The notes under the pieces: generated by a model
The model's input: only the letters and a program-made list of their open reading frames with translations
Told to the model about the DNA's origin: nothing
Database searches by the model: none
Shown: positions 46,515 to 54,932 of the stretch, piece by piece
Layout of the letters: each line of letters opens with the position of its first letter
How positions within the stretch are numbered: position 1 is the first letter of the stretch
Program-made: the position numbers and the translations under genes
Assembly (NCBI GenBank): GCA_038102935.1
Contig: JAYNYG010000006.1
Span: 38,748-102,747 of the forward strand
Origin: Alphaproteobacteria bacterium
Lineage (GTDB): Bacteria > Pseudomonadota > Alphaproteobacteria > Bin95
Direction: 5' to 3'
Length of the DNA stretch: 64,000 nucleotides

Positions 46515-46631
46515 ATGCGTCGCGACATCAGCATCACTGGTCTTTCTATGATGGCGGCAGTGTATTTCGGCCTGATCGCCGGTTACATGGCCTTCGGGAT
46601 CGAAGAAACCAGCCGTCTCCTTGTTGGCTAA
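46515..46631 (+). CDS. Small single-TM protein, 38 aa (below the ORF-track cutoff)
   Basis: MRRDISITGLSMMAAVYFGLIAGYMAFGIEETSRLLVG; RBS AAGGA at 46501-46505; fills an otherwise empty gap; stop overlaps the amidase stop. Confidence 0.6.
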   Translation: MRRDISITGLSMMAAVYFGLIAGYMAFGIEETSRLLVG

Positions 46632-48103
46632 ACCTCAATGATGGACCTGAGCGACGGCGTCGGACCGCTTGCCAGCTTGGCGATATCCGGCGTCGGCCGC
46701 CCAAGGTCCGCGGTTCGTGCAAACGCTTGCTCCAACGCATGAGTCGCGCCCAATACGAAGGCGTCATCTTTGGCGGCGCCTATAATCTGCAGACCAAAGG
46801 GCATGCCTTTCTCGTCCAATCCGCAGGGAATGCTTGCCGCAGGGCAAGTGGTCAACGTGATGCCGTAGGTTGGCGCCAGCCAGGTGTAATAAGTCTCCAA
46901 AGGCTCGCCGTTCATCTCGTCCATGTACCATTTTGACCATGGGAAAGGTGAGATAGGCACGGTCGGGCCAATCAACAGATCGAACTCTTGGAAGAAATCT
47001 TCCGTCCGTCGATAAAGATTAGTGTGCTCAACATCAGCCCAAGCGACATCAGTAAGGCCCATGGCGGCGCCCTGTTCGTAGTTCGCTAGAACGTTAGGGC
47101 CGAGTAGGCTTTTGTCTCGCTCATAGGTTTCCTTATGGCTTGCGACGAAGCTGAGCGCGCGAAGAACGCCGAAAATACCATCCGCATCGCCAAGGTCAGG
47201 CGTCGCTTCGCTGCATTCGTTGAAATAGCCTTTGATCGCGGCAACCTTCTTCTTGAACGTCGCGGCATAGGCGTTATCGACTTTCGCAAAGCCGAAATCT
47301 GTCGTCCAAGCAACCCGGAGGCCGCCAAGATCAACCGGTTGCGGCGACTGCAACATCATTGGATCTACTGCTGTCGCCAACGGGTCGCGCGGGTCGTCAG
47401 CGGCTTGTTCGGCGAGCAACATGCAGATGTCTTCGATATTTCGGCCCATTGGCCCTGATACGCTCAGGGGCGACCAGCCGAAGTTCCGTTTTTTCGTTGG
47501 GACCATCCCAGGCGTCGGGCGAAAACCGGATACGCCGCAATAGGCTGCAGGAATGCGCAGGCTGCCGCCCATGTCGGACCCGGTCGCCAATGGCGCCATG
47601 CCGCATGCGAGCGCCGCAGCCGATCCGCCGGATGACCCGCCCGCGTTGAGTTCCGGATTGAACGGATTGCCAGTAGCGCCCCATACGGCATTCCGGGTGT
47701 TCGCCCCGGCCCCAAATTCTGGCGTGTTGGACTTACAGAAGACAATACCGCCCGCATTCTTGACCCGCTCAACCATCAACGAGTCGTGATCTGGGACGTG
47801 GTCCTTAAATTGGACAGAGCCATATGTCGTGCGCAGGCCGTCCGTCTCGTCAAGATCTTTCACAGCGACTGGGAGCCCATGCAGCGTCGGCAAATCGTCG
47901 CCGCGCAATACCGTGCGTTCAGCTTCAACGGCATGCACCCGCGCACGGTCAAAATCCCGCTCACAGATGGCGTTGACCGCTGGATCGACGGCTTCGATCC
48001 GCTCGACGCAGGCTTCAAGCAACTCAACTGGCGAGATTTCTTTCGTGCCGATGCGTTGGCGCGCTTCTTTAGCGGTGAGGTCAGTTAGGCTAGCGTCGGA
48101 CAT
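46628..48103 (-). CDS. Amidase signature family protein
   Basis: 491 aa; LHGLPVAVKD, KSNTPEFG, GGSSGGS, GSDMGGSLRIPA. Confidence 0.95.
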   Translation of the reverse strand: MSDASLTDLTAKEARQRIGTKEISPVELLEACVERIEAVDPAVNAICERDFDRARVHAVEAERTVLRGDDLPTLHGLPVAVKDLDETDGLRTTYGSVQFKDHVPDHDSLMVERVKNAGGIVFCKSNTPEFGAGANTRNAVWGATGNPFNPELNAGGSSGGSAAALACGMAPLATGSDMGGSLRIPAAYCGVSGFRPTPGMVPTKKRNFGWSPLSVSGPMGRNIEDICMLLAEQAADDPRDPLATAVDPMMLQSPQPVDLGGLRVAWTTDFGFAKVDNAYAATFKKKVAAIKGYFNECSEATPDLGDADGIFGVLRALSFVASHKETYERDKSLLGPNVLANYEQGAAMGLTDVAWADVEHTNLYRRTEDFFQEFDLLIGPTVPISPFPWSKWYMDEMNGEPLETYYTWLAPTYGITLTTCPAASIPCGLDEKGMPFGLQIIGAAKDDAFVLGATHALEQAFARTADLGRPTPDIAKLASGPTPSLRSIIEV

Positions 48104-48121
48104 CGAACATAGTCTCCAAAC

Positions 48122-50401
48122 TTAGATAAGGCGGCTGCGCGCTTGCGCTTCAACGGCAGCGACAGCGGTCATATTGAGAACGGTGCGGGCCGTAGCAGCT
48201 GGCGTCAACACGTGTGCAGGTTCGGCTACGCCTAACAAAATCGGGCCGACATGTAGACCCTCGCCAGCGGCTTTCACCAAATTGAACGCGATATTCGCCG
48301 CGTCCAAAGTTGGCATGATTAGTAAATTGGCTGAGCCGCTCAGCGTCGAATCCGGAAACACACGGCGACGGATCACTTCATCAAGCGCTGCATCAGCATG
48401 CATCTCGCCATCAATTTCGAACTCGGGCTCCATATCCTTAATCTTGGCGAGCGCTTCACGCATCTTCAGCGCTGAGGGCGAATCGCGACCGCCGAAGTTT
48501 GAGTGAGAGACCAGAGCGACCTTTGGCGTCATTCCAAAACGCCCGATTTCGCCCGCCGCCAGCATCGTCATGCGAACGATATCGTCGGCGGATGGATTCG
48601 ATTGAACATAGGTGTCGCAGATGAAATAGGCGCCCGTTGGCAATATTAGTCCGCTCAGCGCCGCGAGCTGCCGGACGCCGGGCGCATGGCCGATCACCGA
48701 TTCGACCTCATGCAAATTGGCCGCATAGTCGCCAAATAAGCCACAGATCATAGCGTCCGCGTCGCCGCGCTTAACGGCAGTCGCCGCGATGGCGGTTGAG
48801 TTGGTGCGAATGATGGTCCGCGCGGCATCCGGCGTAACGCCGCGGCGGCCCATCAGGCCATGATACGTTTCCCAGTAATCCCGATAGCGGTCGTCCTGTT
48901 CAGGGTTGACGAGTTCATAGTCGTCATTAACGACCAGGCGTAGACCGAGCCGCGCAATCCTGGTTTCAACAACGCGCGGGCGGCCGATCAGGATTGGGCG
49001 CGCAATGCCTTCATCAACGGCGGCCTGGGCCGCGCGCAACACCCGCTCATCCTCGCCATCCGCAAAAATCACGCGCTTTATGTCTTCGCGCGCGCGCTCA
49101 AACACCGGCTTCATCATCAAGCCTGAGCGGAATACGAATGTGTCCAGCCGCTCCCGATAGGCCTTGAAGTCTGTGATCGGTCGGGTCGCGACACCGCTCT
49201 CAACAGCAGCTTTCGCGACAGCAGGCGCGATTTCAAGAATGAGCCTGGGATCAAAGGGGCGGGGGATGATGTAATTCTGGCCGAACGACAATGCTTCGCC
49301 GCCATAGGCGCGCTGCGCGTCTTCAGATTGTTCTTGCATCGCCAGATCAGCGATGGCGCGGACGGCGGCGAGCTTCATGCTCTCATTGATTTCTGTGGCC
49401 CGCACATCCAGCGCGCCGCGGAAAATGAACGGGAAGCAGAGAACGTTATTCACCTGGTTCGGATAATCAGATCGCCCCGTGGCGATCACAGCATCTGGCC
49501 TGACAGCGCGCGCGGCTTCTGGATCAATCTCTGGATTCGGGTTCGCAAGTGCAAGGATGAGCGGGCTTGGCGCCATATCGGCGACCATTTCGGGCTTGAG
49601 TACGCCTGCTGCCGAAAGGCCCATAAAAACGTCTGCGCCCGGCATGACTTCAGCCAGGGTTCGCTTGTCTGTCGGTTGGGCGTATGCGGCCTTCCATTCG
49701 TCCATTTCCTGCTGGCGGCCTTCAAACACGACGCCAGCAATATCCGTCACCCAGATGTTTTCGCGGCGAAGGCCAAGCGCGCAGAGCAGGTTCAGGCATG
49801 CGATCGAAGCGGCGCCGGCGCCAGACGCCACGAGCTTCGCATCCGCCGGATCCTTGTTGACGAGGCGGAGGCCATTGAGGATCGCCGCTGTCACAATAAT
49901 CGCCGTGCCATGCTGGTCATCATGGAACACCGGAATGTTCATGCGACTGCGGAGTTCTTTCTCGATTACAAAGCATTCTGGCGCTTTGATATCTTCCAGG
50001 TTGATGCCGCCGAATGTCGGCTCTAGTGCGGCGACGACATCGCAGAACCTGTCTGGGTCCAGCGCATCGACCTCGATATCAAATACATCAATGCCAGCGA
50101 ATTTCTTGAAGAGCACCGCTTTACCCTCCATCACTGGCTTGGACGCCAGGGGCCCAATGGCGCCGAGACCCAGCACAGCCGTTCCGTTGGTGATGACGCC
50201 GACCAGGTTGCCGCGCGCCGTCAACGCCGCTGCTTCAGCCGGATCATCGACAATGGCCTCACACGCAGCTGCGACGCCAGGGGAATAGGCTAGGGCTAGA
50301 TCGCGTTGGGTGCCAAGCGGCTTCGTCGCCTGGATCGCCAGCTTTCCGGCTGGTTCACGGCGATGATAGGCAAGGGCGGCGTCGCGGATATTTTCGGGCA
50401 A
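48122..50401 (-). CDS. maeB: NADP-dependent malic enzyme with PTA-like domain
   Basis: 759 aa; LALAYSPGV, NGTAVLGLG, KPVMEGK, FHDDQHGTA, GAGAA, GRSDYPNQVNNV, C-terminal DGEMHAD domain. Confidence 0.96.
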   Translation of the reverse strand: MPENIRDAALAYHRREPAGKLAIQATKPLGTQRDLALAYSPGVAAACEAIVDDPAEAAALTARGNLVGVITNGTAVLGLGAIGPLASKPVMEGKAVLFKKFAGIDVFDIEVDALDPDRFCDVVAALEPTFGGINLEDIKAPECFVIEKELRSRMNIPVFHDDQHGTAIIVTAAILNGLRLVNKDPADAKLVASGAGAASIACLNLLCALGLRRENIWVTDIAGVVFEGRQQEMDEWKAAYAQPTDKRTLAEVMPGADVFMGLSAAGVLKPEMVADMAPSPLILALANPNPEIDPEAARAVRPDAVIATGRSDYPNQVNNVLCFPFIFRGALDVRATEINESMKLAAVRAIADLAMQEQSEDAQRAYGGEALSFGQNYIIPRPFDPRLILEIAPAVAKAAVESGVATRPITDFKAYRERLDTFVFRSGLMMKPVFERAREDIKRVIFADGEDERVLRAAQAAVDEGIARPILIGRPRVVETRIARLGLRLVVNDDYELVNPEQDDRYRDYWETYHGLMGRRGVTPDAARTIIRTNSTAIAATAVKRGDADAMICGLFGDYAANLHEVESVIGHAPGVRQLAALSGLILPTGAYFICDTYVQSNPSADDIVRMTMLAAGEIGRFGMTPKVALVSHSNFGGRDSPSALKMREALAKIKDMEPEFEIDGEMHADAALDEVIRRRVFPDSTLSGSANLLIMPTLDAANIAFNLVKAAGEGLHVGPILLGVAEPAHVLTPAATARTVLNMTAVAAVEAQARSRLI

Positions 50402-50525
50402 GGGCGGGGCGCTCCGGCGGGGTCAACTGCGCCCGACCATATGCCCCTATCTCAGCCTTCGAAAGCAAATGTTTCACTAGGCGGAGCCTCTCGGTATGCT
50501 GCACTGGCCTTATAGGAGTGAGATG

Positions 50526-50825
50526 ATGCCCCGACTGCCTTCAGACTATGGCGGACAGCCCGCTGGCGCCGTTGACCAAAGCGAGTACATCCCGACGGAT
50601 TTCGATAAGCGCGTTGACGCAATGCGCGTGTTGATGGGGCAGATTGATCCCGCAATGTCGTCTGACGTATCCCGCCGCACGCAAGAAGAATTGCCGCAGG
50701 ATATGTACGACAATAGCCCTTACTACGGGCGTTGGTTGCTTGGCCTCCACAAGACTTTGATCGAACGCGGCCATATCTCCGCGGATGAGGTGAAAGACCG
50801 GATGGCGACGCTTAAAGGCGGCTGA
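50526..50825 (+). CDS. Nitrile hydratase beta N-terminal / thiocyanate hydrolase beta-like small protein
   Basis: 99 aa; DYGG.P.G, FDKRVDAM, SRRTQEEL, YDNSPYYGRWL, LIERGHISADE; RBS AGGAG. Confidence 0.72.
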   Translation: MPRLPSDYGGQPAGAVDQSEYIPTDFDKRVDAMRVLMGQIDPAMSSDVSRRTQEELPQDMYDNSPYYGRWLLGLHKTLIERGHISADEVKDRMATLKGG

Positions 50826-50892
50826 CACGGGAACCTAACAGGCTTGATCCGTCTTCTTCTAGGAATCAAACCCGCCAAAAGGCCGCTACGCG

Positions 50893-51642
50893 ATGCTTGA
50901 ATTGTTGTCGAACCCCGATGTCTGGCTGAGTTTTGCGACGCTGGCAGCGCTTGAAGTCGTACTTGGCATCGACAATCTGGTATTTATTTCCATCGTCGCG
51001 GACAAGCTGCCAAAGGAACAGCAGGCGCGCGCTCGGCAGATCGGTTTGATGGCGGCGCTTGGAATGCGAGTTTTGATGCTGCTTGGCATCACCTGGATTG
51101 TCGGCCTGACGGCGCCTGTTTTCACGATCTCCGGGTTTGAAGCCTCCTGGCGGGACATCATCTTGCTCGGTGGCGGCATTTTTCTCTTAGTGAAGGGCAC
51201 GCTAGAAATTCACCACACGGTCGAGGGCGATCATGACGCGACGGGTAAGAAGAAAGCATCCGCTACATTCCTGATGGCGGTTGGCCAAATCATGGTGTTG
51301 GATTTGGTGTTCTCGCTTGATTCAATCATCACCGCTGTCGGCATGACGGACCAGATCGAAGTGATGATTGCAGCCGTTGTGTTCGCGATTCTCGTGATGC
51401 TGTTCGCCGCGACTCCCGTCAGCGCCTTCATCAACAAGCACCCAACGACAAAGATGCTGGCGCTATCGTTCCTTCTGCTGATCGGAATGTCCCTAGTCGC
51501 AGACGGCCTGCACTTCCATATTCCGCGCGAATACCTCTACTTCGCCATCGCCTTCTCAATCATCGTTGAGGGGTTGAACCTGCTTGCTAAAGCGGCACAG
51601 AAGAGGAAGGCAAACGCGCGGAATAATAGCGAGGGTGATTAG
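50893..51642 (+). CDS. TerC family membrane protein
   Basis: 249 aa; LEVVLGIDNLVF, DLVFSLDSIITAVG, HIPREYLYFA. Confidence 0.93.
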   Translation: MLELLSNPDVWLSFATLAALEVVLGIDNLVFISIVADKLPKEQQARARQIGLMAALGMRVLMLLGITWIVGLTAPVFTISGFEASWRDIILLGGGIFLLVKGTLEIHHTVEGDHDATGKKKASATFLMAVGQIMVLDLVFSLDSIITAVGMTDQIEVMIAAVVFAILVMLFAATPVSAFINKHPTTKMLALSFLLLIGMSLVADGLHFHIPREYLYFAIAFSIIVEGLNLLAKAAQKRKANARNNSEGD

Positions 51643-53291
51643 CCTTTCACAGCATAGGGCGGCGGCTGGAAGTAGCGCGGGATTTTGCCGATTTTAGTCA
51701 TATCGACTTCGAGCAATGTCGGCCCGTCATGATCAATCGCAGCTTTGAGCCGCGGGCCCATTTCTGCCTCTGATTCAACGCGGAAATAGGGAAGGTCCGC
51801 CAAGGCCGCTAAGCCTTTTAGGTCCGGGCCAATCGGGTCGGCGAAGTAATGGCGGCCGCCATAGAGCGTGTCCTGGATGTCTTTGATCACGCCATAGCCA
51901 GCATCGTTAAAGATTACGATGGCGACATCGGGCTTCTCCTGTGTCGCCGTCCAGAGTTCCGTCATGTTCAGATAGAAGCCGCCGTCGCCTGTGATTGCGA
52001 CAGTTTTCGCCCCGCCCGCGCCAAACGCCGCGCCGATGCCGAATTGAAAGCCGGGACCAATGGCGGCGCCGACGGGGTAAATGTTCTGCTCCGGCTTATC
52101 CAGCTTCAACAGACGATTGCCCCAGGTCGTGTTGCTCATGGTGACGTCGCGGACCCAATAACAATCGTCTGGCATCGCCTCACGGAAGATTTCCGGGAAG
52201 TTCAGATATGGCCCTAAATGCTTGCGATAGTTCGCCTCCGTCTCTTCACGGCAAGCCGCGAGGTCGCTGGCCCAATCGTCAGAAACCGCCATTTTGCCTT
52301 CCAGACGGTCAGCCAGCGCGTTCAACGCCGCTTCAACCTCGCCAACATGGAAATGCTCAACCGAATAAGTCCGCCCGCATGCGCCAGGATCAATATCGAT
52401 TTGTGCGCGGCGGGCCGGGAGCTTCAGGCCGAGGTCCTTGGTCTCATGGCCGCGCACGCGCCCGCCTGCAATGAGCATGAAATCAACAGTGCCATAGAAA
52501 GCCTCGACCTCCGGCGTCGCTTGGAACGCGCCCAATGTCATCGGGTGCGTCTCGGGAATGACTGCGCGGCCATTGACGGATGTGACAACGCCAAAACCCA
52601 TGTCCACGAGCCGCTGCACGGCCGCTCCGGCATAGCGGGCGCCAGCGCCACACCACAGCATTGGGCGTTTTGAGGACGCCGCCATGTCCGCCAAGGCATC
52701 CAAGCTGCTGGCGGCGCCAGGATCCCCTGCAGGCGGCGCGATCACCAGATTGTCCAACATCGTGGGCCGTTCAATTTTGGCGCGCTGCACGTCAATCGGA
52801 ATTTCGACCGAGACCGGGCCCATCGGTGCGCTCAGCGCATCCGTCGCGGCTTTCATCAGCACGCCCAAAGCCATTTCCGGCGCGCGGATGCGGTAGGCGG
52901 ACTTGCTGGTGCTTTTCAGCATGCCAAGCTGATCCATCACGTCATGAACCGCACCTTGCTCTTTATCGAGATTGGCTGTCGCCGTCTGGCCCGTCAGGTG
53001 AAGGACTGGGGAGGCGGCGAACCGCGCCTCAACCAAGGCGCCGGGCGCATTGGCCGCACCTGGGCCAGTGGAGGTGATGAAACAACCCAGGCTCTTGCGG
53101 GCGCGGGCATAAGCATCCGCCATGTGGCCAGCGCCCATCTCACCGCGTGAGCCGACGACACGGATGGCGTTCCGGCGGCCAAGCCCGTCCATCATCGGGA
53201 TGTTGTGAACGGACACAACGCCAAACACCGTATCGACGCCCGCGGCTTGCAAGAATTCAGCGACAAGATCGCCGACGTTATAATCGCTCAT
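51639..53291 (-). CDS. Thiamine pyrophosphate-binding protein (acetolactate synthase-like family)
   Basis: FGVVSVHN, RGEMGAGHMAD, TSTGPG, GDGG...N TPP motif (GDGGFYLN...FND); start taken as ATG 53291. Confidence 0.88.
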   Translation of the reverse strand: MSDYNVGDLVAEFLQAAGVDTVFGVVSVHNIPMMDGLGRRNAIRVVGSRGEMGAGHMADAYARARKSLGCFITSTGPGAANAPGALVEARFAASPVLHLTGQTATANLDKEQGAVHDVMDQLGMLKSTSKSAYRIRAPEMALGVLMKAATDALSAPMGPVSVEIPIDVQRAKIERPTMLDNLVIAPPAGDPGAASSLDALADMAASSKRPMLWCGAGARYAGAAVQRLVDMGFGVVTSVNGRAVIPETHPMTLGAFQATPEVEAFYGTVDFMLIAGGRVRGHETKDLGLKLPARRAQIDIDPGACGRTYSVEHFHVGEVEAALNALADRLEGKMAVSDDWASDLAACREETEANYRKHLGPYLNFPEIFREAMPDDCYWVRDVTMSNTTWGNRLLKLDKPEQNIYPVGAAIGPGFQFGIGAAFGAGGAKTVAITGDGGFYLNMTELWTATQEKPDVAIVIFNDAGYGVIKDIQDTLYGGRHYFADPIGPDLKGLAALADLPYFRVESEAEMGPRLKAAIDHDGPTLLEVDMTKIGKIPRYFQPPPYAVKG

Positions 53292-53340
53292 GAAAGTAGT
53301 CCCTAGCTGCATTCCGGCGGATCGCCGTTGGTCATGGAAG

Positions 53341-53359
53341 AATGCTAGCATGAAGCATT
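53341..53359. promoter_or_regulatory. Palindromic candidate operator between the divergent TPP and uxaA-like genes
   Basis: ATGCTAGCAT perfect 10-bp palindrome (53342-53351) within AATGCT-N7-AGCATT. Confidence 0.35.
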
Positions 53360-53379
53360 AGCGGAATGGGAAGAGTGCA

Positions 53380-53703
53380 ATGTCTGGCGAAACAGACCAA
53401 AGACTGATCCTCCTGGATGAGGCCGATAACGTGCTTGTTGTGGGGACGACTTTGAAAGCTGGTGAGAACGTTCTGATTGACGGCGAATCTATGAAGCTGG
53501 AACGCCGAATTGGCGTTGGCCACAAGCTTGCACGACGGGATATCGGCATTGGCGACACGGTGCTCAAATATGGCGCGCCGATTGGCAGCATGACGGCGGC
53601 TGTCGGCCCAGGCGATCATGTCCATGTCCACAATATGAAAAGCGACTACATCCCCACATTTACCCACGACAATCAGGCGGACTTCACGGGAGCATCTTCA
53701 TGA
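53380..53703 (+). CDS. UxaA/GarD-family SAF-domain small subunit
   Basis: 107 aa; DNVLV, GHKLA, VLKYGAPIG, GDHVHVHN. Confidence 0.88.
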   Translation: MSGETDQRLILLDEADNVLVVGTTLKAGENVLIDGESMKLERRIGVGHKLARRDIGIGDTVLKYGAPIGSMTAAVGPGDHVHVHNMKSDYIPTFTHDNQADFTGASS

Positions 53704-54923
53704 CAGCGCGTTGGCAGGGCTGGGCGCGGCGAGACGGGCGCAAGGGCATCCGCAATCTAGTCGCGGTGGTGTATCTGGTAGAATGCGCCCGCCATGTCGC
53801 AGAGGCCGTGGCAGCGCCTTGGCGAGACCCGCTTTCTGGCGGGGAGGGGGATGTGCAAGCGATGGGCTTCCCCGGCTGCTATCCAAGCGCCTACGGCCAT
53901 TTGATGCTGGAGCGATTGCTGACACACCCAAATGTAGGCGCAGTATTGTTGGTGTCGCTTGGTTGCGAGGGTTTTGATAAACGCAGGTTGGCAGGCGCGG
54001 TCGCGGCGTCCGGCCGCCCCGTTGAAACGTTGACGATCCAAGATGCAGGCGGGACACGGGCTGCGGTAGAATCTGGCCGCGCGTATGTGGAGCGCGTGCG
54101 CACGGAGATCGCCGAAGGGCCTCGCGTAGAGATGACGCCGGCGGACTTAATCGTCGGCACGATCTGCGGCGGGTCCGACGGCACCAGCGGCATCACGGGC
54201 AACCCAGCGGCGGGTCGGGCGTTTGATCAGCTGATCAAAGCCGGCGCGGCGTGTATTTTCGAGGAAACCGGCGAACTCATTGGCTGCGAGCAACACATGG
54301 CCGCACGTGCGGCGACGCCCGCGCTCGGCCAGGAGATCGAAGGCGCCGTCCACAAAGCCGCGCGGTATTATGAGACGCTCGGCCATGCCAGCTTCGCATC
54401 CGGCAATGCGGATGGCGGGCTCACCACTATCGAAGAAAAAAGCATGGGCGCTTATGCCAAAAGCGGGCGCTCTGAGATCGTTGGTCTATTGAAGCCGGGC
54501 GATATCCCGTCATGCGGGGGCCTGTACCTACTGGATGTCGTGCCAGATGGCGAAGTCCGCTTTGGCTTTCCGAATATCAACGATAATGCTGAGATTGCAG
54601 AACTCATCGCCTGCGGCGCGCATATGGTGCTGTTCGTCACTGGACGTGGGTCCGTTGTTGGCTCAGCCTGCGCGCCGGTCATAAAAATCTGCGCCAATCC
54701 CGAAACCTACGCCCGTATGGCCGATGACATGGACATCGATGCTGGCCGCATCCTGCACGGCGCTACCAGCTTGGACGACGTCGGTGACGAAATCCTGGAC
54801 GTAATCTTCGCGACAGCGTCCGGAACGCCCACTCGCTCAGAAGCCCTCGGCCACCAAGAATTTATCTTGACCTACAAAAGCTTTGAGCCGATTGGTCCGG
54901 CTTGCTTGCCGACCATACGCTAG
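53700..54923 (+). CDS. UxaA/GarD-family dehydratase large subunit
   Basis: 407 aa; RRDGRKGIRN, HPNVGAVLLVSLGCE, ICGGSDGTSG, GN..GGLTTIEEKSMG, FVTGRG; ATGA overlap with the small subunit. Confidence 0.9.
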   Translation: MTARWQGWARRDGRKGIRNLVAVVYLVECARHVAEAVAAPWRDPLSGGEGDVQAMGFPGCYPSAYGHLMLERLLTHPNVGAVLLVSLGCEGFDKRRLAGAVAASGRPVETLTIQDAGGTRAAVESGRAYVERVRTEIAEGPRVEMTPADLIVGTICGGSDGTSGITGNPAAGRAFDQLIKAGAACIFEETGELIGCEQHMAARAATPALGQEIEGAVHKAARYYETLGHASFASGNADGGLTTIEEKSMGAYAKSGRSEIVGLLKPGDIPSCGGLYLLDVVPDGEVRFGFPNINDNAEIAELIACGAHMVLFVTGRGSVVGSACAPVIKICANPETYARMADDMDIDAGRILHGATSLDDVGDEILDVIFATASGTPTRSEALGHQEFILTYKSFEPIGPACLPTIR

Positions 54924-54932
54924 TCGCGCCGT

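Noticed and set aside
49328-50288. 232-aa and 269-aa plus-strand ORFs
   Set aside because: Antisense shadows of maeB
46628-50825. Nitrile hydratase-amidase operon
   Set aside because: The genes are on opposite strands, separated by maeB, and no alpha subunit is present
51639-54923. Calling the TPP enzyme xsc and the split UxaA suyAB
   Set aside because: N-terminal and active-site motifs differ from Xsc and SuyB as I recall them; kept at family level
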